Counted from the stretch's first letter, positions 17,035 to 26,695 are shown. The stretch is 29,230 bases of DNA from Pseudomonadota bacterium (GCA_043825875.1 JBDRRF010000090.1:1-29230), one strand, 5' to 3'. Translations and numbers: made by a program. Notes: a model not told the origin generated them from the letters alone.

Positions 17035-18933
17035 ATGCTCGACTTTATGCGGAAAAATGCCGGCTCCTGGATGATAAAAGCCATTTTGGGAATTATTGTT
17101 ATAGTGTTTGTATTCTGGGGAGTTGGAAGCTTTAGCTCAAAACGCGCAAACAGAGTGGCGATGGTAAATGGAGAGGTTATTGATATCCGGGAATATCAGG
17201 AAGCATATAATAAACTTGTCGAGCAGGTACGGGCTAAATTGGGAAGTAATTTTAATGAAGATATAATGAAGACCCTTAATATAAAAAAAAGAGCTTTAGA
17301 CAATATAATTTTTAAAAGACTTCTTGTCCAGGAAGCAAAAAAGCTAAAATTCAGTGTTACGGATAGTGAGCTAAGGCAGGTTATAGTCAGTATCAAAGAT
17401 TTTCAAAAAGGGGGTACTTTTAATAAAAAGGTATATGAAAAAGTATTAAGCCTCAATCATAAGGTTCCCGATGAATTTGAAGCTTTTGTTAGAGAATCTA
17501 TTCTTATAGAAAGGTTAATGTCTTTTATAACCGGTAGTGTTAAAGTTACAGAAAATGAAGCTCTAAAGTGGTTTAACTGGAAAGGCGCTTTAGTAAATGT
17601 TGATTATGTTTTTTTTGATCCGGACAAATATAAGGGTATTAATCCTTCAACAGAAGAGTTAAAAGATTTCTTTGATAAAAATAAGGAATCTTATAAAACC
17701 GAAAAAAAAGTAAAAGCTGCTTATACTTTGTTTGGGCCTGATGCTTATTTTGACCAGGTAAAAGTTGGAGATGGTGAGATAAAAGAGTATTATGAAATTA
17801 ATATTGACAAATTCATGAAACCTAAAACAGTTGATGCAAGCCACATCCTTTGCAGAGTTGATGAGGGAGCAAGCCCGGAGCAGATTGAACTTGCAAAACA
17901 AAAAGCAGATAAGGTTTCGAAAATGATAGAAGAAGGGCAACCTTTTTCAAAACTTGCAAAAAAATATTCGGATTGTCCAAGCAAGGCAAACGGAGGCCAT
18001 CTGGGAGCTTTTGAAAAAAAAGCTATGGTTGAGCCTTTTGCTAGCAAGGCTTTTTCTATGAAGCAAGGTGAAATAAGTGAGCCGGTCTTAACACGATTCG
18101 GATGGCATATCATAAAAGTTGAAAAAATAAATAAAGAAAAAACACTTTCTCTAAAAGAAGTGGAGAATGAAATCAGAACAAAACTGATCAATGACAAAGC
18201 AAAAAAGCTTGCTTATGCTGAAGCTGAACAATTATGCAATATGGCAATAGACATAAAAAGCTTATCAAAGGCAGCTGAAAAATTAGGTATTAAAATTAAA
18301 ACAACCGATTTCTTTTCTAAAGAGGATGCTTCCGATGAAAAAGATGCCGATAAGCAGGCTTTAGTGGAATCAGGCGTCTTTGTTATGCAGGACAAGGAAA
18401 TAAGTGATGTTAAAGAAATCGAAAACAGATATTGTGTTGCTCAAATTATGGAAACAATGCTGCCTAAAATACCTGATCTCGATGATGTAAAAGATGCAGT
18501 AAAAGTTGATCTCATAAAAGAGATAAAGATGGAAAAGGCGAAAAAAGATGCCGAAGATCTGCTTTCTGCTCTTAAAAAGGGTGATGATTTAATAAAGGAA
18601 AGCAAAAAATACAGGCTTACACCTTCTCAAACAGGGTTTTTCGGGCGCAACGGAACTATAGGAAGTATCGGATATGAGCCGCAGCTATCAGAGGCTGCTT
18701 TTAAACTTTCAAGTAACAATCAATATACGGAAACGCCTGTAAAGGGTAATAACGGCTTTTATGTAATACGTTTTAAAGAAAGAAAGTATCCTTTGGAGCA
18801 AGACTTTGCTAAAGAAAAGGAAAAGATAGAAAAGGCTTTGCTTGATCAGAAAAAAGAGACTACTTTTAGTTCATGGCTTTCCGAGGTTAAAAGTAACAGT
18901 GAAATAATCATAGAAAAAGAATTTCAGGAATAA
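17035..18933 (+). CDS. ppiD: PpiD/SurA-N family periplasmic chaperone and parvulin-type peptidyl-prolyl isomerase
   Basis: N-terminal MLDFMRK plus TM anchor (FVFWGVG), SurA_N-like region, rotamase motifs ASHIL, SDCPSKANGGHLG, FGWHIIK. Confidence 0.88.
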   Translation: MLDFMRKNAGSWMIKAILGIIVIVFVFWGVGSFSSKRANRVAMVNGEVIDIREYQEAYNKLVEQVRAKLGSNFNEDIMKTLNIKKRALDNIIFKRLLVQEAKKLKFSVTDSELRQVIVSIKDFQKGGTFNKKVYEKVLSLNHKVPDEFEAFVRESILIERLMSFITGSVKVTENEALKWFNWKGALVNVDYVFFDPDKYKGINPSTEELKDFFDKNKESYKTEKKVKAAYTLFGPDAYFDQVKVGDGEIKEYYEINIDKFMKPKTVDASHILCRVDEGASPEQIELAKQKADKVSKMIEEGQPFSKLAKKYSDCPSKANGGHLGAFEKKAMVEPFASKAFSMKQGEISEPVLTRFGWHIIKVEKINKEKTLSLKEVENEIRTKLINDKAKKLAYAEAEQLCNMAIDIKSLSKAAEKLGIKIKTTDFFSKEDASDEKDADKQALVESGVFVMQDKEISDVKEIENRYCVAQIMETMLPKIPDLDDVKDAVKVDLIKEIKMEKAKKDAEDLLSALKKGDDLIKESKKYRLTPSQTGFFGRNGTIGSIGYEPQLSEAAFKLSSNNQYTETPVKGNNGFYVIRFKERKYPLEQDFAKEKEKIEKALLDQKKETTFSSWLSEVKSNSEIIIEKEFQE

Positions 18934-18962
18934 CAGATTTATATAATTTATGGTGAGCAACA

Positions 18963-19193
18963 ATGAGCGCTGACAAAGAAGAAACTTATGGATATCTATC
19001 AAAAAAGTGTCCGGAATGCCTGACTTATATTCCACTTGATGTGGAAATATGTCCTGCATGTAAAGAACGGGTTGGGAAAGTTACCATCAGCGGAATGGCC
19101 GGTAGACCTACTAACTGGTATTCGTATGTTATGCTCATTATCGCAGTTGCCGCCTTTGCTTTGTATATCTGGTGGGCTTTTATCAGAGATTAA
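18963..19193 (+). CDS. Small zinc-ribbon protein with C-terminal TM helix
   Basis: CPEC-x9-CPAC; hydrophobic C terminus; 29 bp after the ppiD stop. Confidence 0.7.
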   Translation: MSADKEETYGYLSKKCPECLTYIPLDVEICPACKERVGKVTISGMAGRPTNWYSYVMLIIAVAAFALYIWWAFIRD

Positions 19194-19304
19194 ACAGAGG
19201 ATACCAATAGCAATTGTCATAACCAAACAACTACAACTTGAATCTAAATATTATTTTAACTATAGCTATATGCCTTTATGAAGAACAGCTTTGGTGATGG
19301 TTTT

Positions 19305-21257
19305 TTAAAAATCATAATCGTAGGTATTTAGCGAATATTTGCCAAGAACATCGCTGTTTATTAAATCCAGAAACCGGGAAGGGCGATTAAGAACCATTCC
19401 AGAACTTCTGTCGTAAACTCTTCTGGGATAAGTAAAGTAAAGACTTTTTTTCGCACGGGTGGCCGCAACATACATAAGCCTCAGTTCTTCTTCAAGCTCT
19501 TCCGGGTTATTGATTGAATGCATCGAAGGAAACCTTCCGTCAAGCGCCCATATTATAAATACAGTGTGCCATTCAAGGCCTTTGGCAGAATGAATGGTTG
19601 AAAGGACAAGACGGTTATCCTCAGTTGAATTTTCGGACAAGGAATTATCAACAGCAGTGTTTGGTGGCTCAAGCGCCATATCCGTGAGAAATTCCACCAA
19701 GCTGTTATATCTTTCCATTATCAGGACAAGTTGTTCAACGTCCTTTTCTCTTTTCGGGTAGTCATCAAACCGCTGTTTTAAAACAGGCAGGTAATATTCG
19801 GCTATTTCTTTTCCCATTTCATAAACAGACATATTGTCCGGATCAATTTTACCGAAAAGCTCTTTTAAACGTTTAAAATTTTCTGAAACACTTTTTTGTA
19901 GTTTGGCAGTCAAAAGACCCATATGCCCTGAATTTTCCGCCTGTATTGCATCAAATATGTTTTTAGCTGTTTTGGGGCCTATTTTATCTATAAGAAGAAG
20001 CAGCCTCTGCCAGCTTACCCTGTCTTTAGGGTTTGCAATAACCTTCAAGTGAGCCAGAATGTCTTTTATATGAGCGGATTCTACAAATTTAAATCCCCCC
20101 ACCTTTTTAAATGAGATGCCATTTCTTGCAAGCTCGATTTCAAGATCAAAGGAATAATAACCGGCTCTGAAAAGAACGGCGATTTCGTCTAAGGGGACAT
20201 TGTTTTTTATAAGCTCTTTTATCTTTTCAACAACATATATTGACTGGCCGTTTTCGGTTGAACTTCTGATAAGAAGTGGCTTTGCGCCACCTTTTCTTTT
20301 TGTGAAAAGATTTTTGGAATATTTTTCAGATGCTCTGTCAATAATGATATTAGTTAAATCAAGGATAGGTTGATCGCTTCGGTAGTTTTCTTCAAGAGCA
20401 ATAACACGGGTGCCCGGAAATAATTTAGGGAATTCCATAATGTTTTTAAAATTAGCGCCTCTGAAAGCATATATGCTCTGGGAATCATCCCCGACAACCA
20501 TTATGTTTTTATTGCTACCGGTAAGAAGGCATACTATGTCTGCCTGTATCTTGTTTGTATCCTGGTATTCATCAACCATTATATGTTCATAAGAGGAAGA
20601 AATCTTGTCTTTCAAATCGGGATTTTCCTCCATAAGTCTTTTGAAATATATCAGCAGGTCATCATAATCCAGATATGAATGCAGACGTTTTCGACTGATA
20701 TATTCGTTGTAGATCTTTGTGATCATCTGTGTATCATCTGTAAAATGGATATAATCATTTAGTACAATATCTTCAATAGTCAAAACCTTGTTTACAGCTT
20801 TGCCGAAAATATTTGCAAGGGTCTGCTTTCTGGGGAAGGAAGCATGTTTGGAAGTATTCAGTAATTCCTTCCTGATTAGGCCGATAAGTGTTTCAGAGTC
20901 ATCGCGATCTAAAATATTAAACCCTGAATCGAATCCTATGTAACGAGAATATCTGCGGAGATTATAATTGGCAAATGAATGGAAAGTACCACCTGAGACA
21001 TTTTCGCAGCGGTTATCAAGAAGATTTGTCGCTCTTTTCAACATTTCCTGTGCAGCTCTGCGGGTAAAAGTAAGAAGTAAAATAGTATCTGGAGCTGTTC
21101 CTTCTTCAACTAGACGTGCGACACGGTATGTAAGTGTCCTGGTTTTCCCGCTTCCGGCTCCGGCAATTACAAGAAGAGGTCCTTTCGTATGGATTACTGC
21201 ATCATACTGTGAAGAATTAAGCTCATTTTTATAATTAATACAATAGTTTTGCTGCAT
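19305..21257 (-). CDS. uvrD: UvrD/PcrA/Rep family ATP-dependent DNA helicase
   Basis: AGAGSGKT, VDEYQDTN, VGDDSQSIYAFRGA, LEENYRS, STIHSAKGLEW, EEELRLMYVAATRA. Confidence 0.9.
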   Translation of the reverse strand: MQQNYCINYKNELNSSQYDAVIHTKGPLLVIAGAGSGKTRTLTYRVARLVEEGTAPDTILLLTFTRRAAQEMLKRATNLLDNRCENVSGGTFHSFANYNLRRYSRYIGFDSGFNILDRDDSETLIGLIRKELLNTSKHASFPRKQTLANIFGKAVNKVLTIEDIVLNDYIHFTDDTQMITKIYNEYISRKRLHSYLDYDDLLIYFKRLMEENPDLKDKISSSYEHIMVDEYQDTNKIQADIVCLLTGSNKNIMVVGDDSQSIYAFRGANFKNIMEFPKLFPGTRVIALEENYRSDQPILDLTNIIIDRASEKYSKNLFTKRKGGAKPLLIRSSTENGQSIYVVEKIKELIKNNVPLDEIAVLFRAGYYSFDLEIELARNGISFKKVGGFKFVESAHIKDILAHLKVIANPKDRVSWQRLLLLIDKIGPKTAKNIFDAIQAENSGHMGLLTAKLQKSVSENFKRLKELFGKIDPDNMSVYEMGKEIAEYYLPVLKQRFDDYPKREKDVEQLVLIMERYNSLVEFLTDMALEPPNTAVDNSLSENSTEDNRLVLSTIHSAKGLEWHTVFIIWALDGRFPSMHSINNPEELEEELRLMYVAATRAKKSLYFTYPRRVYDRSSGMVLNRPSRFLDLINSDVLGKYSLNTYDYDF

Positions 21258-21549
21258 AATATTATTATCTATCCTTATTTTGTTTATCTTTTAAAATATG
21301 TCTTAAAGCCAGATGATATAGTAGTACAAAAGAACTATAATCCGGAAATAACCAATCTCCTGAATGTAAATTTCTTTCACAAGAAATCTTCTTTGTCAAT
21401 GTTTGTCCTTATCCTACAGAATTTGTTGACTTTATTTGTTGACTTTTATAAAAAAATATTGTAGTAAAGATAAGAAAGGATTTAAAAGGACGCTTAAAAT
21501 GCCGTGGCTGTAAGCAATGCCTTCAAAACAAACAAAGGAGAAATAAATT

Positions 21550-21939
21550 ATGAAAACAGTAAAAAAAGCAAAACCGGTTAAAAAACCAGCTGTTAAAAAA
21601 GCAGCAGCAAAAAAACCAGCCGTTAAAAAAGCAGCAGCAAAAAAACCAGCCGTAAAAAAAGCAGTAGCTAAAAAACCAGCCGTAAAGAAAACAGCAGCTA
21701 AAGCAGTTAAAACAGTAAAAGCAAAAGCAACAGCTGTAAAAAAACCTTCCAAACCTGAGGTAACCATTCTTGGTTCCGTACTTACAACTGTCAAGAGGAG
21801 CAAAAACGGAATAGCTATTGCAAAAATTAAGGAAAAAACAGGTCTGGAGCAAAGACAACTTAGCAATGCGCTTTATAAGCTTTTAAAGAATGGCAAAGTA
21901 GCACTGAAAGAACGCGGCGTATATATTGCAGCAAGTTAA
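21550..21939 (+). CDS. Lys/Ala-rich histone H1-like protein with probable C-terminal winged-helix domain
   Basis: AAGGAG RBS; four KKPAVKKxxA repeats; C terminus GIAIAKIKEKTGLEQRQLSNALYKLLKNGKV...RGVY fits a wHTH pattern. Confidence 0.8.
   Translation: MKTVKKAKPVKKPAVKKAAAKKPAVKKAAAKKPAVKKAVAKKPAVKKTAAKAVKTVKAKATAVKKPSKPEVTILGSVLTTVKRSKNGIAIAKIKEKTGLEQRQLSNALYKLLKNGKVALKERGVYIAAS
21580..21699 (+). repeat. 30-bp coding tandem repeat, 4 copies
   Basis: AAAAAACCAGCYGTWAARAAARCAGYAGCW repeated four times. Confidence 0.9.
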
Positions 21940-22165
21940 ATCGTATGGTATTTTCTCTTCCGCTTTTTTGTCGGGGAGCTATTCTTACGTTTTTTAAAAG
22001 ATAAAAGAGCGAAATGATATAGCCTTTATTAATTTTTTGTTCTAACGAATTTTCTTTATATTTTTTTACGTAGGAACGGAAGAGAGTTTTGCGCTTTATA
22101 TATAGAGCATTCAATATTTGTTTTTTTGCCTTAAATAAGTTTTGAAGGACTTATAAGAATCGTAA

Positions 22166-22250
22166 TTTACAGGCTTCGTAAATAGAATCATTTGCATAGC
22201 GTGGGAATGAAGTACAAATTTGGCAGATGGACTTTTTGCGAAGCCGTAAA
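22166..22250. repeat. Degenerate inverted-repeat element (second MITE-like family)
   Basis: TTTACAGGCTTCGTAAATAG versus CTTTTTGCGAAGCCGTAAA, imperfect inverted ends. Confidence 0.5.
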
Positions 22251-22319
22251 GTTTTTATCAATTCGCTAAAAGTAAAAGCGTGACTTTTAAGTAGGGAAAT
22301 ACTTTGCCCGCATTTCCCG

Positions 22320-22473
22320 CAAAAAAGCGGCAGTGGTTATGCTTGCTTTTGAACTTCAAGCGGGTTCTTCCTTTGGCCTGTTGCCGTATTTTTTTCAGGC
22401 ATATCTTTTTTACCGACCCTTTATTTGCCAAACCCATATTTCACTTCATATTGATTCCTTTTGAAACTGGCTC
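22320..22473 (+). mobile_element. Orphan IS/MITE end; possible transposase 3' remnant
   Basis: TTTTGAAACTGGCTC (22459-22473) is identical to the MITE right TIR; upstream frameshifted VVMLAF/NFKRVL. Confidence 0.4.
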
Positions 22474-22692
22474 TTTTGTTTAAAATTGCCGGCAAATCTG
22501 CTGGAAAATAATTGCATGTTTATCTTGTTATAGTGGCAACATTATGATAGGTATAATAAAATATTACTATTATATTGTTGTGTTATGGAGAATGAGGAGT
22601 TAATCCAAAAATATATAAACCATATTACACCAAGATTAAATAATCAAAAATCGGGATTAGTGCTTTTGAAATACATTCCAAAATTAGATGCC

Positions 22693-22854
22693 ATGAGTTA
22701 TAAGTTTGACTTTGAAATCGGTCACCTTGTTAAAAGCCCATGCAGAGAATGCCAGGAGATAGTAAATTTTCCTGAATGCGCCGAAACATGCATTGTTTTA
22801 GGCAGACTTCAGTCTATTTTATCCGAAGGTATATCCTGTACTAGAAGAATCTGA
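22693..22854 (+). CDS. Small Cys-rich hypothetical protein (ORF open from 22585; start uncertain)
   Basis: KSPCRECQ-x7-CAETC motif; lies just upstream of the mla-like operon. Confidence 0.55.
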   Translation: MSYKFDFEIGHLVKSPCRECQEIVNFPECAETCIVLGRLQSILSEGISCTRRI

Positions 22855-22900
22855 CGCCAGCTTTTTTTTATCCATGATTGTTAAATAATCAGGTTTTACA

Positions 22901-24046
22901 ATGAAAAAACCGGAGCAGAACAAATCCAGAAGCTACGATATATCAGAAGATAAGAAAGGCTTATTTACCGTTCATTTTCATGGAAGAATGGATGCGCAAA
23001 CCTCTCCCGCTATAATCAGGCAAATCCTTGTCGAAATAGATTCATTTCCTTTTATAAACGTTACAGCCGATCTTGATCAAGTATCATATTTTGATGATTT
23101 TGGCTTGTTGGTTCTTATAGAGTTGAAAAAAACCGTAAAAAAGAAAAAAGGCACTTTTGCTATCATTGATAACAGCGGGAAAGCAAAAAATATGCTCTCT
23201 CTGCTGGAATCGAATTTTAGCAAGCCAGCAGTACCTGTTAAGAAAAAGGGGCCGCACAGGGTTATTGAGCATTTAGGGGAGTCAGTATTAAACAATGCTT
23301 CCAGCTTTGGTGGGGTTATTTCTTTTATAGGTTCTGTTGCTTTATCATTTTATCATATTTGCCGTCATCCGAAGTCTCTCAGGATTAATGACACGATATT
23401 ATTTATGGAAAAAACAGGGGTAAATGCCCTGCCTATAATAGCACTTATCAGTTTTCTCTTAGGTCTTGTTATTGCTTTTATGTCTTCTCTTCAGCTTGAG
23501 CAGTTCGGTGCCAATTTGTATGTTGCTTCTCTTGTATCTATCGGTATGGTTTCGGAACTTGGTCCTATAATGACTGCCATTGTAGTTGCCGGAAGATCAG
23601 GATCTGCTTTTGCCGCCGAAATAGGTACCATGAAAATATCGGAAGAAGTTGATGCACTGTTTGTTATGGGGTTTAACCCCACTCTTTTTCTTGCGATTCC
23701 CAGAATGCTTGCGTCAATAATTGTGGTGCCGTTTCTCACTCTTTTTTCAGACATTTTTGCGATTGCAGGCGGCCTTGTGGTTGGAGTTTTTATATTAGAT
23801 CTTACTACAAGTTCATACCTGACCCAGACAATGAAAGTGCTGGATCTTTTTGAAATATGCTGGGGGATTTCCAAAAGTATTGTATTTGCCGTTATAATAT
23901 CATGGGTTGGATGCTTAAGAGGTTTTCAGACAAAAGGAGGGGCAGACGCAGTAGGAAATGCTGCCACTTCCGCTGTTGTGAGCAGTATTTTCCTTATTAT
24001 CCTGTTTGATTCGATATTTGCTATAGGACGAAGCTACTGGGGGTAA
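22901..24046 (+). CDS. mlaE: MlaE-family lipid ABC transporter permease with N-terminal STAS domain
   Basis: ELGPIMTAIVVAGRSGSAFAAEIGTMKISEEVDAL; GGADAVGNAATSAVV; STAS-like DLDQVSYFDDFG. Confidence 0.9.
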   Translation: MKKPEQNKSRSYDISEDKKGLFTVHFHGRMDAQTSPAIIRQILVEIDSFPFINVTADLDQVSYFDDFGLLVLIELKKTVKKKKGTFAIIDNSGKAKNMLSLLESNFSKPAVPVKKKGPHRVIEHLGESVLNNASSFGGVISFIGSVALSFYHICRHPKSLRINDTILFMEKTGVNALPIIALISFLLGLVIAFMSSLQLEQFGANLYVASLVSIGMVSELGPIMTAIVVAGRSGSAFAAEIGTMKISEEVDALFVMGFNPTLFLAIPRMLASIIVVPFLTLFSDIFAIAGGLVVGVFILDLTTSSYLTQTMKVLDLFEICWGISKSIVFAVIISWVGCLRGFQTKGGADAVGNAATSAVVSSIFLIILFDSIFAIGRSYWG

Positions 24047-24057
24047 AACTATCGGTT

Positions 24058-24810
24058 ATGGGTGATATAATTCTCAGAGTAAGAAATCTTGTTGCCCGGT
24101 ATGGCGAAGAAATTATTCTAAACAAGATTAGTCTTGATGTTATTGAAGGTGAGATTCTTGTGATTATAGGAGGAAGCGGTTGCGGGAAAAGCACACTTTT
24201 AAGGCATCTGGTAGGCCTGTCCAGACCTTCTTCCGGGAGCGTAGACATTGATGGAACCGATATTGCGACATGCGATACAATAACTCTTCACAATATCTTA
24301 AAGACAATCGGTATTTTATTTCAAAACAGTGCTCTTTTAGGTTCACTTACTATCGGAGAAAACATTGCTTTGCCGATTGCCGAATATTATGATCTTCCTA
24401 AAAGCTCCATAGATATTCTTGTAAGTTTAAAGCTTAATTCGGTTGAGCTTGAAGGTTATGAAGACTATCTGCCTTCCCAGTTAAGTGGCGGGATGAAAAA
24501 AAGAGCCGGGCTTGCGCGTGCGCTTGCATTAAATCCGAAAATATTATTCCTTGATGAACCAACAGCAGGACTGGACCCGGTTATTTCATCCGAAATTGAT
24601 GAACTTGTGCTGCAAATCAATAAAAAATATAATACAACGATAGTAATTGTTACTCATGATCTTGATACAATATTTACAGTAGCAAAACGGGTTATAATGC
24701 TTGATAAAAAAACAAAGAGTATAATTGCCGAAGGTGATCCGAAAGATTTAAAGGATAACAGTCCGGATCATTCTGTAAGACAATTTTTTAACCGTAATGC
24801 AAAAGTATAG
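24058..24810 (+). CDS. mlaF: MlaF-family ABC ATPase
   Basis: GGSGCGKST, LSGGMKKRAGLARAL, FLDEPTAGLDP. Confidence 0.9.
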   Translation: MGDIILRVRNLVARYGEEIILNKISLDVIEGEILVIIGGSGCGKSTLLRHLVGLSRPSSGSVDIDGTDIATCDTITLHNILKTIGILFQNSALLGSLTIGENIALPIAEYYDLPKSSIDILVSLKLNSVELEGYEDYLPSQLSGGMKKRAGLARALALNPKILFLDEPTAGLDPVISSEIDELVLQINKKYNTTIVIVTHDLDTIFTVAKRVIMLDKKTKSIIAEGDPKDLKDNSPDHSVRQFFNRNAKV

Positions 24811-24828
24811 ACTTGCAATGGAAACAAC

Positions 24829-25806
24829 ATGGCTACAATAAAAACAAAATTCAGTGTAGGGCTTTTTGTTCTAATGGGGTTGGTTGTCGCCTTTGTTGCG
24901 ATAATCTGGGTCGGCATGTCGCACTATTTTGAGCAGGGGAGTTTATATTCAGCCTATTTCAATGATTCGGTACAGGGGCTGTCAAAAGATTCGCCTGTGA
25001 AATTCAGAGGAGTCACGATTGGAAGGGTTTCCAATATTGGTGTTGCCCCGGATGGCAAGCTTATAGAAGTTGTATTAAAAATTGAAACTGATACGAAACC
25101 GGATAAAGATATAGTTGCTCAATTAAGATCTGTCGGAATTACAGGCATTATGTTTGTGGAGCTGGATTTAAAGAAACAAGATGAGCCTGATCTTTCTCCA
25201 TCGCTAAGCTTTGTACCCGATCATACGGTTATAGATACAAAACCATCTGAGATAACCCGCTTTTTAGACAAATTAACAGATGTTTTAGATCAAATTAACA
25301 AGCTTGGTTTGGAAGAGATATCAGTTAAAACAAAACTTACTTTGGATGAAATCAATAGTGCAGTTAGCGAAGCAAAACTTGCCAATTTATCTTCCGACAT
25401 AAGAACATCTTTAGATAAATGGAACAGAGCAGTCAGTGCTGTGGATGATGCGGCTGTTACATTTAAAGCATTTACATTAAATACCGACAATGCTGTATCC
25501 AATCTTAATAATACTGTTACAAAAATAGATGATATAATATCCGGAAACAAGGACAGCGTTGCTGAAGCAATTAAAAATTTAAATCATGCTGTTGACAATG
25601 CAGGATCGCTGGTGATTGAGGGAAAAGAATTTATAAAAAACACAGATCAGAATTTTTCGTCTCTGCAACAGCAGATCTTTTCCACCATGCAAAGTATAGA
25701 AAAAACCAGTGAAACTTTAAACCGCTCGCTTGATCAAATTTCTGATCAGCCATCTGTTCTTCTTTTCGGTACCCAGCAACCTGAAAAAGAAATTGAAAAG
25801 GAGTAA
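24829..25806 (+). CDS. mlaD: MlaD/MCE-domain protein with helical extension
   Basis: N-terminal TM helix; SVQGLSKDSPVKFRGVTIGRV MCE motif; C-terminal QPSVLLFG. Confidence 0.88.
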   Translation: MATIKTKFSVGLFVLMGLVVAFVAIIWVGMSHYFEQGSLYSAYFNDSVQGLSKDSPVKFRGVTIGRVSNIGVAPDGKLIEVVLKIETDTKPDKDIVAQLRSVGITGIMFVELDLKKQDEPDLSPSLSFVPDHTVIDTKPSEITRFLDKLTDVLDQINKLGLEEISVKTKLTLDEINSAVSEAKLANLSSDIRTSLDKWNRAVSAVDDAAVTFKAFTLNTDNAVSNLNNTVTKIDDIISGNKDSVAEAIKNLNHAVDNAGSLVIEGKEFIKNTDQNFSSLQQQIFSTMQSIEKTSETLNRSLDQISDQPSVLLFGTQQPEKEIEKE

Positions 25807-25834
25807 GAGCGGCAATGATTTTACGGGAGTTATT

Positions 25835-26482
25835 ATGAAGATTTCATTGAAAGCTTTTTCAAAGATTTATTTTATATTTTTAATCTTAAGTATATTTTTT
25901 GTTTTCAGCGGATGTATTGGTTTTGGCGGATCTGAAAAAAAAATTGATTATTATACACTTGAATATTCTGCGCCACAGCCTGCCGGGTCAAATCAACTTC
26001 CTTTTGTTATAAATATCGGACGTTTTAAATCGCCATTATATAACTCCGATAAAATCGTTTACAGAAAAAATAATTTTCAAACAGATGAATACGTTTATCA
26101 CAGATGGGAGACAAACCCTGCAAGGTTAGTTTCTTATTTTCTTTTCAGGGATATTAAAAACTCGGGTCTTTTTAAAGGAGTTTTTACTTACGATGCCGGT
26201 TTTGCTGCTACCCACAGCATTTCAGGCACTGTTGAGGAATTTTTCGAAGATGATAGGGGCAAAACATGGGATGCCGTGCTTTCATTAGATATTGTTCTTA
26301 TGGCAGAAAATGAGCCTGACCTTAGCAAAAAAATCCTTTTCCAGAAAAAATATAAAACAAGAAAAGTTTGCGATAAAAAAAATCCAAAAGCTCTTGCAGA
26401 AGCAATGAGCAAGGCGATGAATGAATTGTCAGTTCAGGTTATAGCTGATGTATATAAAAAACTTTCGGAGAAAGTGCAATAG
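25835..26482 (+). CDS. ABC-type transport auxiliary lipoprotein (PqiC-like). Likely start 25835; the ORF is open from 25730.
   Basis: GGGAG RBS, lipobox VFSGC, YYTL and YHRW..P motifs, operon position. Confidence 0.82.
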   Translation: MKISLKAFSKIYFIFLILSIFFVFSGCIGFGGSEKKIDYYTLEYSAPQPAGSNQLPFVINIGRFKSPLYNSDKIVYRKNNFQTDEYVYHRWETNPARLVSYFLFRDIKNSGLFKGVFTYDAGFAATHSISGTVEEFFEDDRGKTWDAVLSLDIVLMAENEPDLSKKILFQKKYKTRKVCDKKNPKALAEAMSKAMNELSVQVIADVYKKLSEKVQ

Positions 26483-26505
26483 ATGTAGTTTTATGGCTTG
26501 TATTT

Positions 26506-26608
26506 AGGATTCAAGGGGCCAGGGGTTCCAGGATTCAAGTGAAAAGTTTATTAAAATCCGGGGAATAATAAGCACTTGAACCCTCGAATCCTCGAATCCT
26601 TGAACCCT
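26506..26608. repeat. Inverted arrays of 8-bp tandem repeats
   Basis: AGGATTCA-AGGGGCCA-GGGGTTCC-AGGATTCA-AGTG ... CACT-TGAACCCT-CGAATCCT-CGAATCCT-TGAACCCT. Confidence 0.8.
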
Positions 26609-26695
26609 GTCAAACTATATCGAGAAGAAGCAATTGCAATTCACTAATCGTTCTCGGTTAAGATTTCCAAATTTATAATACAGGAGTAATTCACT

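Noticed and set aside
21580..21699. CRISPR array
   Set aside because: Contiguous 30-bp coding repeats with no spacers; no cas genes.
21432..21866. Minus-strand ORFs of 144 and 111 aa
   Set aside because: Antisense shadows of the low-complexity histone-like gene, which has the RBS.
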